A DNA stretch of 33,711 bases from a virus (lineage: Duplodnaviria > Caudoviricetes). The stretch spans positions 1 through 33,711 of IMG/VR virus record IMGVR_UViG_3300038674_000426. The stretch is one strand, 5' to 3'. The translations under genes and the position numbers were made by a program. Positions 25,992 through 33,711 of this stretch are shown here, one piece after another. The notes beneath the pieces are model-generated. The model saw nothing but the letters and a program-made list of their open reading frames with translations, was not told the origin of the DNA and ran no database searches. The first letter of the stretch is position 1. Every line of letters begins with the position of its first letter.

Positions 25992-26929
25992 ACTTTAATA
26001 TCTCCTAATGTAGTTTGGCACATACTTCTCAAATCCATTTCGTCTTTGAATGCATCTAATATACACTCTCTCCATAAAATTCCATTATTATCATATTCGT
26101 CCCATATAGCGGTTCGTTTATTTTCAAGTTTAGCAATTTTATTTAAATCTCGTCGCAACACTCCAAACTGTAAGCATATGTACTCTATATCGTCATTAGT
26201 AAACGATATTTTTATATATTCTTTCAAATCCTCTTCTTTTTTAAAGAATCCAAATTTTTTCAACGGTTTCAAATTGAAGTTAGATCCCATGATAAATGTC
26301 CATTGCGATGGACCAACTAAATGTTGATACAACCAATTTTTTTTATTAATGTGTTGTTCGTAATATATCCACGGTTTACCAAAATATTTTCCACATTTTG
26401 AATTTCTGCAATTGACTGGTCTTTTTACTCCAGCTGCACCTAAACGACACAACATATCAATTTTTTTAAAGTTGTTCCAATTAAATATTTCAACCAGTTT
26501 GTCATATTCTGGCGATCCATTTGGATCATGATATAAAAGTCCCATAGAATTATATGGAATATTTAAATCATGTTCTGTTAATGTTGCAATATCTTTATTT
26601 AAAAACGTACAATGAATATTATTGTATGAATGTTCATCTATTCGTTTTTGTAACTCTGTTATTCTATTTTTATCTATCTCTACTAAAGTTAAATAAAATT
26701 CAATGTCGGGATGCTGTGATGCTACATCTATAAACACAAGTGGTGATCCCTTTTCGTCAACGATATCATTATATCCAGATCCCGCATTTAAATCTATATA
26801 ATAAAAATGTGGTTTATAGTTACTATACTTTTTAAAAATAAAACTATTGATCTGGACAACTTGTGATATTATCCCTTTGAATCCCATTTGTTTATCTTTT
26901 GTATATCGTCCTTGTCCCTGTTTTGTCAT
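25982..26929 (-). CDS. Three-Cys-motif partner protein (TcmP-like, SAM-dependent MTase fold)
   Basis: T.DK, YIDLNAGSG, GSPL, LVEID, YHDPNG; directly upstream of DUF5131; GGTGA RBS before ATG 26929. Confidence 0.75.
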   Translation of the reverse strand: MTKQGQGRYTKDKQMGFKGIISQVVQINSFIFKKYSNYKPHFYYIDLNAGSGYNDIVDEKGSPLVFIDVASQHPDIEFYLTLVEIDKNRITELQKRIDEHSYNNIHCTFLNKDIATLTEHDLNIPYNSMGLLYHDPNGSPEYDKLVEIFNWNNFKKIDMLCRLGAAGVKRPVNCRNSKCGKYFGKPWIYYEQHINKKNWLYQHLVGPSQWTFIMGSNFNLKPLKKFGFFKKEEDLKEYIKISFTNDDIEYICLQFGVLRRDLNKIAKLENKRTAIWDEYDNNGILWRECILDAFKDEMDLRSMCQTTLGDIKVCN

Positions 26930-26960
26930 TACATCACCAATGCATCTAATGTACACTATC

Positions 26961-26978
26961 CTACTTATACTTTTCCCT
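26961..26978 (-). promoter_or_regulatory. BRE+TATA promoter of the TcmP/radical SAM unit
   Basis: Minus strand AGGGAAAAG-TATAAGTAG, preceded by an oligo-T run (26991-26999). Confidence 0.55.
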
Positions 26979-27001
26979 CAATTTCTTAACAAAAAAAAAT
27001 A

Positions 27002-27190
27002 TTAATAAATCAATTCTACTCTCGGACTTTGCAATATTTGCACTTTCACGGCCAAATTACACTCGGAACAATTATATAATCTGTTAACCCCAGTACCATC
27101 AAAAATATAATCGTCTTCTCCCAACTTCGTAGAACAATTCGGGCATCTCAACTGATCAATATCTTGATAAGTGTGCGTCTTACTCGCCAT
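27002..27190 (-). CDS. Small Zn-ribbon protein
   Basis: CPNC...CSEC. Confidence 0.65.
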   Translation of the reverse strand: MASKTHTYQDIDQLRCPNCSTKLGEDDYIFDGTGVNRLYNCSECNLAVKVQILQSPRVELIY

Positions 27191-27404
27191 AAAGAACTCT
27201 CCGGAAATCTTCGTTGTTAAGTAACATCTCGCCGTCTTTCTCAGTTTTAACCGAAAGTTTCATCCAATTCTTTTCTGATTGCACATATTTATCTTTCCAT
27301 CTTTGCTTAAGATATTCTGCCATCTCCTCCAACGCATCCCTATGAAAAGTGTACATAATGACACTTCCATAATTAGTCAATTCAAAAAATTTTAGTTGTG
27401 TCAT
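27180..27404 (-). CDS. Hypothetical protein
   Basis: ATGA coupling; operon context. Confidence 0.65.
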   Translation of the reverse strand: MTQLKFFELTNYGSVIMYTFHRDALEEMAEYLKQRWKDKYVQSEKNWMKLSVKTEKDGEMLLNNEDFRRVLYGE

Positions 27405-27619
27405 AGATGCACACCACGTTTCGAAATATTTTCCAATGATTTTTTAATATTTCGAGCGCATCTCTCGCAGAAATCTAACATTTTCACCTTTTGGTCATAG
27501 TCAGAATTTCCAGGACCTGTATAATATTTTTCTCCTACCATCACTATTTTATAACTATCTTTGGCAGATTCTATAATTTTTCCGCACCCATCACATTTAA
27601 AACATTTAAGTTCGGTCAT
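27401..27619 (-). CDS. Small Zn-finger protein
   Basis: FKCDGCGK...LDFCERC; start at ATG 27619, overlapping the ATPase stop. Confidence 0.7.
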   Translation of the reverse strand: MTELKCFKCDGCGKIIESAKDSYKIVMVGEKYYTGPGNSDYDQKVKMLDFCERCARNIKKSLENISKRGVHL

Positions 27620-28392
27620 ATTTCCACCGGATCTTTCAATTCTGCCCAACTCTTGGGCCAAAATTTCTTAGGAAGTTCACACCGTCTAAATATCTCTAAC
27701 ATGTCAGGATTTTCAATCACTGGATCAAAACTTGGATCGCAATAATCGCCATACGCCATTCCATCAACTCTAAAATACCGTTTCCGATTCTCTATAAAAA
27801 TTTCTCCAAAGATCTTCGCCTGATAAGTCGCCTCTGCAACATTCGGAAAATATGCTGGAATTACGTTTCCGGTAGCTTCTCCGCCAACATATTCATCTTT
27901 CGTTTCGTGAATCAAAACAATGTTCAAATGCTCGTTCACAAAGTTCAACGTCTTAATCTGATCCTGAGAAATCAATCCCCACTGCATCTTTCCAGGGACT
28001 TTATTTTTTTCATCCTCGTATTGGACTCTGGCCATCATCCGAAAATTCGTTGTATCGTCATAAATGATCCACGGTCTTGGATCACTCGATTCTCTCTTCG
28101 GCAGACTCTTTACAATTTTTCCGACGGTTGCTTTATAATCGTTCCAATTAACTATATAATGATAGTTATTCATATCGAATTTTCCAGCATCCGCCAACTT
28201 CTCACAAGCTACAAGCGAATCCCCACCATGCGCTTTGATAGTAACTTTCTGCAAATCTTCTACTTCAACATTTGCAAAATTTAGTACATGACATTCAGGG
28301 ATTCCCGCAGCTAACGTCGTTTTTCCAACTTTCGATTTTCCGTAAATACTGATTCGTAGCGGTTCCAAATATTGATTGTTAATCACGGCCAT
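27616..28392 (-). CDS. AAA_24/Sak4-like P-loop ATPase (recombination-associated)
   Basis: IYGKSKVGKTTLA Walker A, IIYDD Walker B, WG, LIHE. Confidence 0.8.
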   Translation of the reverse strand: MAVINNQYLEPLRISIYGKSKVGKTTLAAGIPECHVLNFANVEVEDLQKVTIKAHGGDSLVACEKLADAGKFDMNNYHYIVNWNDYKATVGKIVKSLPKRESSDPRPWIIYDDTTNFRMMARVQYEDEKNKVPGKMQWGLISQDQIKTLNFVNEHLNIVLIHETKDEYVGGEATGNVIPAYFPNVAEATYQAKIFGEIFIENRKRYFRVDGMAYGDYCDPSFDPVIENPDMLEIFRRCELPKKFWPKSWAELKDPVEI

Positions 28393-28427
28393 TTTATAAC
28401 CTCAAAAAAATATTTTTAAGGAGAGAT

Positions 28428-29156
28428 TTACTCTCCAAATTTAACATTCAGAACAATTTTTCCATCAACGTACTCTACAAACCCCTCATCTACAAGTCTC
28501 TTGTAATCTTCCGCAAACGTCTCAGGATATTCTACTCCAGCAAGATATTCCTGAAGTTCTTTCTTTGTGACGTTTCCAGCATTTTTCACTACTAAAAGTG
28601 ACGCTACAAGTTCAATTGGTACGTCGTCAATCGAAATCATCACTTTCTCAAATTTTCTAATGCTCTTCGGATCAAGAGACACCCATCCATTCCGATTCAG
28701 TACCGACCCAACGAACTTATCCCCAACATTGATAAAGTCCGTAATTGCTACATCTTCGCCGGGCTGAATCGCCCTTCCCGTTATCGGATAAATCCACTTT
28801 GCAAATTTACCACTTGCGTACATCAGATTTTTTCCTTCTGGGATTTCTATATCGATAAAAGCATTTGTCCAGTCCGGAAATTCAGCACAATCAAACAGAA
28901 ATCGGTATCGGTCAACAAACTTTGGAATTTCCCATTCTCCATTGTAGGACATCAGCTTATCGATTCCGTCTACATACTGTTTGTTTGCAGACGAAAGGTC
29001 TTCATACTTCTTGTTTGCAATTCCCTTTTCCATCACTTTACAAACTTTTTCCGTAAGTTCAACGTCCCGAAAAACTAGAGAAACCGTCTCTCCGCCAATC
29101 GGATATTTCGATGCTTGCCCCTCTACTGTCCACTTCTTATTTAGTATGCTAGACAT
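28428..29156 (-). CDS. Hypothetical protein, possibly ssDNA-binding, with C-terminal wHTH
   Basis: First gene of the operon before the Sak4-like ATPase; GAGGAG RBS; TKKELQEYL...KRLVDEGFVE wHTH. Confidence 0.45.
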   Translation of the reverse strand: MSSILNKKWTVEGQASKYPIGGETVSLVFRDVELTEKVCKVMEKGIANKKYEDLSSANKQYVDGIDKLMSYNGEWEIPKFVDRYRFLFDCAEFPDWTNAFIDIEIPEGKNLMYASGKFAKWIYPITGRAIQPGEDVAITDFINVGDKFVGSVLNRNGWVSLDPKSIRKFEKVMISIDDVPIELVASLLVVKNAGNVTKKELQEYLAGVEYPETFAEDYKRLVDEGFVEYVDGKIVLNVKFGE

Positions 29157-29205
29157 GTTACTCCTCGCCGCTTCGCACTGCGGCATCCCCCATTATATCG
29201 CTTCT

Positions 29206-29223
29206 GGTATTTATAGTTTACGC
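29206..29223 (-). promoter_or_regulatory. TATA promoter (conserved AAACTATAAATA)
   Basis: GCGTAAACTATAAATACC upstream of ATG 29156. Confidence 0.7.
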
Positions 29224-29389
29224 TCTTTTTATGAGAATATTATTATATTAAATTTGAGATAAAAATATGCGAAAAAAATTTATATGGCGACGATCTGCAA
29301 CCCCATCAAAGTTTGTTTCATTTTCAGTTCCCCGTTGCAACAGGTTTTGTTTAAGCGTGATAAAATAGAACGTCCTGAGATAAAAATGT

Positions 29390-29455
29390 TGGGGCGGCTT
29401 CGCTTTCATCCCCGCCCTGACGGGCGGGGTCTTCCCCATCCGCTCACTTGTAGGC
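29390..29455. mobile_element. IS200/IS605-family terminal hairpin (solo end/remnant)
   Basis: TTTCAT-CCCCGCCC-TGAC-GGGCGGGG-TCTTCC: 8-bp all-GC stem with a 4-nt loop and typical flanks, in an AT-rich genome. Confidence 0.7.
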
Positions 29456-29473
29456 CCAAGGGAACGGCGTACC

Positions 29474-31000
29474 TCAGATTATGTTGTTCAACGTCACATT
29501 ATACGTCCCGGACATAGTATTTGACATCCCTCCAGTACTCCGCAAATGGTTTGCGATGATCTGGCCGTTCGTCGAAGTGATAGCGATGCCATATCCAGCA
29601 ATATTCGCTATGATGTTTCCCATCACGACGACGTCGTTTCCCGACGTACTGTATATTCCGACGGTGTTTGCATACGAGTCCCCACGAATAAAATTATTTG
29701 AAATTATATGGTGTTGCCCACCATATAAATATATCCCGCCGTGCATCGTAGTTGCGTTCCTGCCAAAATAACAGATAACGTTTCCTGTGAAAACATCTCC
29801 ATAACTGTTACTTTTGATACCGTGTCCATCAGATGCAAAAATACAATTACTTACAACGTTAAATCCCCCGCCAGATATAGTAATACTCGCTCCTCCTGCT
29901 GGCCAAGGATTTGGCACACGAACCGACGTTATTTTTACACCATCAACAATAATACGCTCTGCACTTACGATTTCAATACCAACATACGGATTGTCTGCCC
30001 CACCACCAATAATCTGGAAATCATTTGTATCGTTTACAAATATATGCCGATAATATCCATAAGAAAAGCAATTGGTAGCTTTTCCGTGATCCGACCTCCC
30101 GACTTCAATCGCCGTTGCGCTCCCCCATACGTATAGATATGTGGAGTTATTTGGATAAATGGATTCTGGGAAATATGGATAATCGAAATGAACGTTGAAC
30201 AAATAGTCGGCATCTGTCCCGCCGTCTATCACAATTCCAGTCTTCAGCGGGTACCCCACACAATTTGTGACCCCGAAACGCGCATGTGACGCTGTAGCAT
30301 TTATGAACTGATACGCATTTCCGCAATTGACATAATCGATCAGAACATCACTAGACCAAGATCCCAATTGAATTGCAGCTGGATATACAAGGGGTGGGAT
30401 AATATTGGGAACTTGAGATGGATACGCGAATTGAACGTTACGTAATGTAGTTCCGTGCCCCATCAAAAATGCACTGTCTGTAGTATTTGTGATCCAAAAT
30501 TTCGTATGTGCCGTGCTAACATAGTTGTCAAGTAATTTTGCGTTATCCCATGCGCCCGGATGATATCCCCTGAACGGTACATTCGCTCCTTCAAGAGTAA
30601 CCCAATTTTTGACGTATATTTGATTCGTAATATTATAATTTCCGCTCTGCAGGCTAACTTTTCCTCCGAGATAATTGCTATACATGTAATCGATGGCGGC
30701 CTGAATTTCTACACAATCATCCGTTCCATCGACGATAAAATCACAATCCGGCGTAAATCCGACGAGTACTCCATTTCCGGACGTTTTATTTATACCTGTA
30801 ATGAAATTATCGTCAATCGTTAAATCTGTGCCAATGGTTGCATTATTTATCTCTCCCCCCCACATTTCGATATCGCCCGGCGTCGTCGAGTCCATCTCGA
30901 TGCCAGCGTCAGGCTCCATCGTAAATTCCGGCATGTAGTTCTGAGCCGATCCGATCCCAATCATGAGAATTATTATTATAATTGAAATATATTTTTTCAT
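29474..31000 (-). CDS. Pectin-lyase-like right-handed beta-helix protein with signal peptide
   Basis: DGTDDCVEIQAAID...GGKVSL..GNY...TLEG N-cap motif; repeated ISNN/MGN/GI strands; leader MKKYISIIIIILMIGIGSA. Confidence 0.8.
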   Translation of the reverse strand: MKKYISIIIIILMIGIGSAQNYMPEFTMEPDAGIEMDSTTPGDIEMWGGEINNATIGTDLTIDDNFITGINKTSGNGVLVGFTPDCDFIVDGTDDCVEIQAAIDYMYSNYLGGKVSLQSGNYNITNQIYVKNWVTLEGANVPFRGYHPGAWDNAKLLDNYVSTAHTKFWITNTTDSAFLMGHGTTLRNVQFAYPSQVPNIIPPLVYPAAIQLGSWSSDVLIDYVNCGNAYQFINATASHARFGVTNCVGYPLKTGIVIDGGTDADYLFNVHFDYPYFPESIYPNNSTYLYVWGSATAIEVGRSDHGKATNCFSYGYYRHIFVNDTNDFQIIGGGADNPYVGIEIVSAERIIVDGVKITSVRVPNPWPAGGASITISGGGFNVVSNCIFASDGHGIKSNSYGDVFTGNVICYFGRNATTMHGGIYLYGGQHHIISNNFIRGDSYANTVGIYSTSGNDVVVMGNIIANIAGYGIAITSTNGQIIANHLRSTGGMSNTMSGTYNVTLNNII

Positions 31001-31004
31001 TAAA

Positions 31005-31796
31005 TCACACCGTTATATATTCTAATAAAATTGTAAATGTCCCCTCAGATGCTGCACCAGGAGTTATAAACGCTTTTATAGATGATGCTGCCGCATAATA
31101 TTTATTTTTTGTAACTGTTACAGGAGTCGATCCCGTAGCATCAACTACAGTAGTTGCAGCTAAATTTGCAACATCCCCATCTTCTCCCAAACTTACTGTT
31201 CCAGCATCATAAGCAGTTCCGCAAATTTTTGCCCAAAATCGCACAATTCCATTGGCGGGCATTGTTAATATAGTAACTTCTCCATCGGCATCATCAAATG
31301 GAATTTCAGCAGTGGCATACCGTACTCTTCCATTTAAATTATATTGTGCTATATCTTCAATCTGTGCATTTTCTATAGAAGTATCATTAGCAGGTACATA
31401 AACTAACGCAATAATTACACCTGTTGGACATCCAGTTTTCGGATATGGACTTTCATATTGAGTCCAAACAGTGTTTCCCAACGGATCACTTACGGGTAAA
31501 GCATCTCCAGTATGAACTTGTGCAACTCCAGAACTATCAACATAAATAACATCTATTCTATCATTAGTTCCATTTGCAGCGGAAATTGTAACATTATTTC
31601 CTGCAACAGTCGTATAGACATCTCCATAAAAAATTTCGCCAGAATCTACTACTACATCCATATCTGGAATTCCTTTTTCATGAACATCACATCCAGAAAT
31701 AACAGAATATCCCTCGCCAACTCTAGCTTCTGCCAACTTATGAATATAATGGATAGTGTCTAATCTGTCGGGTTGCCAACTGCCAACATTAGCCAT
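31005..31796 (-). CDS. Putative virion (tail/baseplate) structural protein
   Basis: MDVVVDSG...RIDVIY...IALVYVPAN pattern of tail-associated proteins; context. Confidence 0.6.
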   Translation of the reverse strand: MANVGSWQPDRLDTIHYIHKLAEARVGEGYSVISGCDVHEKGIPDMDVVVDSGEIFYGDVYTTVAGNNVTISAANGTNDRIDVIYVDSSGVAQVHTGDALPVSDPLGNTVWTQYESPYPKTGCPTGVIIALVYVPANDTSIENAQIEDIAQYNLNGRVRYATAEIPFDDADGEVTILTMPANGIVRFWAKICGTAYDAGTVSLGEDGDVANLAATTVVDATGSTPVTVTKNKYYAAASSIKAFITPGAASEGTFTILLEYITV

Positions 31797-32037
31797 TTAT
31801 TCCCCTCCGATGTATTAAATTATTCAATAATGCAATTTCTTGTTCAATAGATAACACTCCGCCGCAAATTTCAGCATTTTCATGGGCAATCATCCATTCA
31901 TCTATTGAAAAGATTCCTTTATATATTAATAGATCAATTAAAGCATGTATCATAAAATTCTTCGGATGTTCAATTTCTTGGATTTCTTCTCCCGAATCAT
32001 TCTCCACTTTATTAATAAAGTTCAACAGTTTAGACAT
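31789..32037 (-). CDS. Hypothetical protein
   Basis: ALIDLLIYKGIFSIDEW; TAATG coupling. Confidence 0.6.
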   Translation of the reverse strand: MSKLLNFINKVENDSGEEIQEIEHPKNFMIHALIDLLIYKGIFSIDEWMIAHENAEICGGVLSIEQEIALLNNLIHRRGING

Positions 32038-32486
32038 TATTTTATCAACTCATTTAAGGAAGTTGGGTTATCTCGTTTCTTCATCATTTTCACGGCTTGG
32101 AATTCATCTGCAATATCTTTCATTGCTTCCAATTCAATTTTTCTCGCTCTAATTTTCTCTTCAAGTGCGTCGCTGTGCTGCATTATCATAGCATGTTTAT
32201 TAACTTTATTCAGATCAGACATTGTAAGAATATTTCCGTCGTCATCCGTCCAAGCAATAGACGCAATTTTAAATTTTGTTCCGTCGTCTTCAAATTGAAA
32301 AATATTCAAAACTTCATACTGTCCGAGAACGGGATCTTCTTTCAACATTCTCTCTCTACTATACAAATTTCTTCCTTTACTAGATCGATTCATTGCTTTA
32401 TTTTCTTCTGAAATTATTTCCATAATTTCATCAAAATGTTTATAACAAACTTTTTTCTCTTCTATTTCTGGTGTAAATTCTTCCAT
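32037..32486 (-). CDS. Hypothetical protein (C-terminal coiled coil)
   Basis: GGAGGAG RBS. Confidence 0.7.
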   Translation of the reverse strand: MEEFTPEIEEKKVCYKHFDEIMEIISEENKAMNRSSKGRNLYSRERMLKEDPVLGQYEVLNIFQFEDDGTKFKIASIAWTDDDGNILTMSDLNKVNKHAMIMQHSDALEEKIRARKIELEAMKDIADEFQAVKMMKKRDNPTSLNELIK

Positions 32487-32500
32487 AAGTTCTCCTCCAA

Positions 32501-32518
32501 CCGATAAGTTTAAATAAT
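32501..32518 (+). promoter_or_regulatory. BRE+TATA promoter (leaderless)
   Basis: CCGATAAG-TTTAAATA, first T 31 nt before ATG 32540. Confidence 0.6.
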
Positions 32519-32539
32519 ATTAGCGTTCTATTATGGGCC

Positions 32540-32851
32540 ATGCAAAAAATTGTATTGCTAGTATTGTGTGGATTGATAAATCCGGGAATTGCCGAGATTT
32601 ATGAAGACGACTATATAATTTTAGAATGCCCTGATGCAGAAAATATTACATTTTCGCATTTTGGCACTCATTATAGTTTCGAATACCGCGAAAGTGTTGG
32701 CGATGGAGTGTATCAACAAATTCCGTTGGTTTCTATTGATGTAACATCAACTGAATTAGGAATTAGTTTAACGAGTCCATATACTAGAGGATTTCCGAAT
32801 TTCGGATGGAATGCAACGATAGATATTTTACAATCTGTCCAAATAAAATAA
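32540..32851 (+). CDS. Secreted/surface hypothetical protein, antisense to the late genes
   Basis: Signal-peptide-like N-terminus; own promoter; fills the intergenic gap exactly. Confidence 0.6.
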   Translation: MQKIVLLVLCGLINPGIAEIYEDDYIILECPDAENITFSHFGTHYSFEYRESVGDGVYQQIPLVSIDVTSTELGISLTSPYTRGFPNFGWNATIDILQSVQIK

Positions 32852-33711
32852 TTAAATATAACTATTCAAGACATACTTGGAGGATATTGATCCATTAATA
32901 GCCGCTCTCACTGGATTACTTCCTCCATATTCACTTATTGAAATTCTTAACGTGTTATCTCCAGTAATATTTACTAAAGATGATATATCTATATCGTTTA
33001 TAGTATCATCAATATAATAATCTGTAAATGGACTTCCTGTTACGGCACTACCATTTAAAGTTATCGTTACTGTTATATGTTTTGGACTTCCTGTAGTTTC
33101 TAACATTAAAAACTTATTTATTGCGTCTTGTTCGGAATCTTGGGTGTATACAGTTAGTGGTCCGGGTTTGGGATTATCTGTTACAGAATGTCCAGAGTGT
33201 CCTGTATGGATATCAGTAGTTTGCCCAGATACTTCATGTGTATGATCTGGTCCAGAGACTTGTACTCCTATTGTATGACTATGGCTATGCGATCCGTTGT
33301 CACTAGTTGATCCGTCTCCGCCTGATCCAGTCGATGTATAAGTTCTCCAATAAGTATGATCATGGGAACTCGTGGTTCCGGTGTATGCAGTTTCTCCCGA
33401 CACAGAATGGCTATGCTTCGGCGCGCGATGTGAATGGTTGTCAGCAGATGATATTTTGCTGGCCCACGATACAACTTTAACGTTTGGAGTACCATCCGAT
33501 TCTGATGTTGCACCAGTTACGCTATGATAATGATTTCCTGCGCTTCCTGTTCCGCCATGCGCCGATGTAGATCCCGAACTCGTATTATTCGTATGACCGT
33601 GCGAATTCGTTGTTACTGATACAACATTTGATTTAAATGCATCAATAGTAAGACTCAACAAAAATCTATAATCAAAATTTCCATCAATTTGATCTGAATC
33701 TATCCGAAATT
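32852..33711 (-). CDS. Tail fibre/baseplate protein with His-x-His repeats (5' partial)
   Basis: Ser/Thr/Gly-rich with HGH, HYH, HSH, HSH, HDH, HSHSH and HTH motifs; reading frame open to the window end. Confidence 0.7.
   Translation of the reverse strand, partial: FRIDSDQIDGNFDYRFLLSLTIDAFKSNVVSVTTNSHGHTNNTSSGSTSAHGGTGSAGNHYHSVTGATSESDGTPNVKVVSWASKISSADNHSHRAPKHSHSVSGETAYTGTTSSHDHTYWRTYTSTGSGGDGSTSDNGSHSHSHTIGVQVSGPDHTHEVSGQTTDIHTGHSGHSVTDNPKPGPLTVYTQDSEQDAINKFLMLETTGSPKHITVTITLNGSAVTGSPFTDYYIDDTINDIDISSLVNITGDNTLRISISEYGGSNPVRAAINGSISSKYVLNSYI

Noticed and set aside
29248-29517. ORFs 29248..29439 (-) and 29284..29517 (+)
   Set aside because: They run through the IS-like hairpin and are better explained as chance ORFs in a non-coding element
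2574-32411. Numerous plus-strand ORFs in the track
   Set aside because: They are antisense shadows of well-supported minus-strand genes and lack RBS or motifs
32852-33711. Diversity-generating retroelement acting on the tail fibre
   Set aside because: No reverse transcriptase or template/variable repeat pair seen in the window

Overview
AT-rich, densely coding segment read almost entirely on the minus strand. It is best interpreted as part of a tailed dsDNA archaeal virus (or provirus) of a methanogen, probably Methanomicrobia. Evidence for an archaeal host: BRE+TATA promoters, GGAGG/GGTGA ribosome-binding sites, an archaeal-type family B DNA polymerase with a C-terminal PIP-like motif, archaeal-type ThyA, a TFIIB-like zinc ribbon and a class III ribonucleotide reductase with the CC/no-Glu signature. 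From right to left (transcription order): tail/structural genes (His-x-His fibre, beta-helix protein); an IS200/IS605-like end hairpin; a recombination/replication block (possible SSB, AAA ATPase, TcmP-like protein plus ParB-radical SAM DUF5131, ERCC4 nuclease, SF3 helicase); two DNA methyltransferases and a GT2 glycosyltransferase; a Cas4-like exonuclease; nucleotide metabolism (NrdD, dUTPase/dCTP-deaminase fold, CMP/dCMP deaminase, PolB, ThyA, NrdH-like redoxin, MazG-like DUF1599); three free-standing endonucleases; and many small Zn-finger or membrane ORFs. The most interesting items are a candidate anaerobic DNA-modification system (TcmP + ParB-radical SAM, with MTases and GT2 nearby), a fossil homing-endonuclease insertion that duplicated a gene start (14550-14677), and a non-coding inverted-repeat region (20530-20756). 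All calls rest on motif recognition by eye; no database searches were run.
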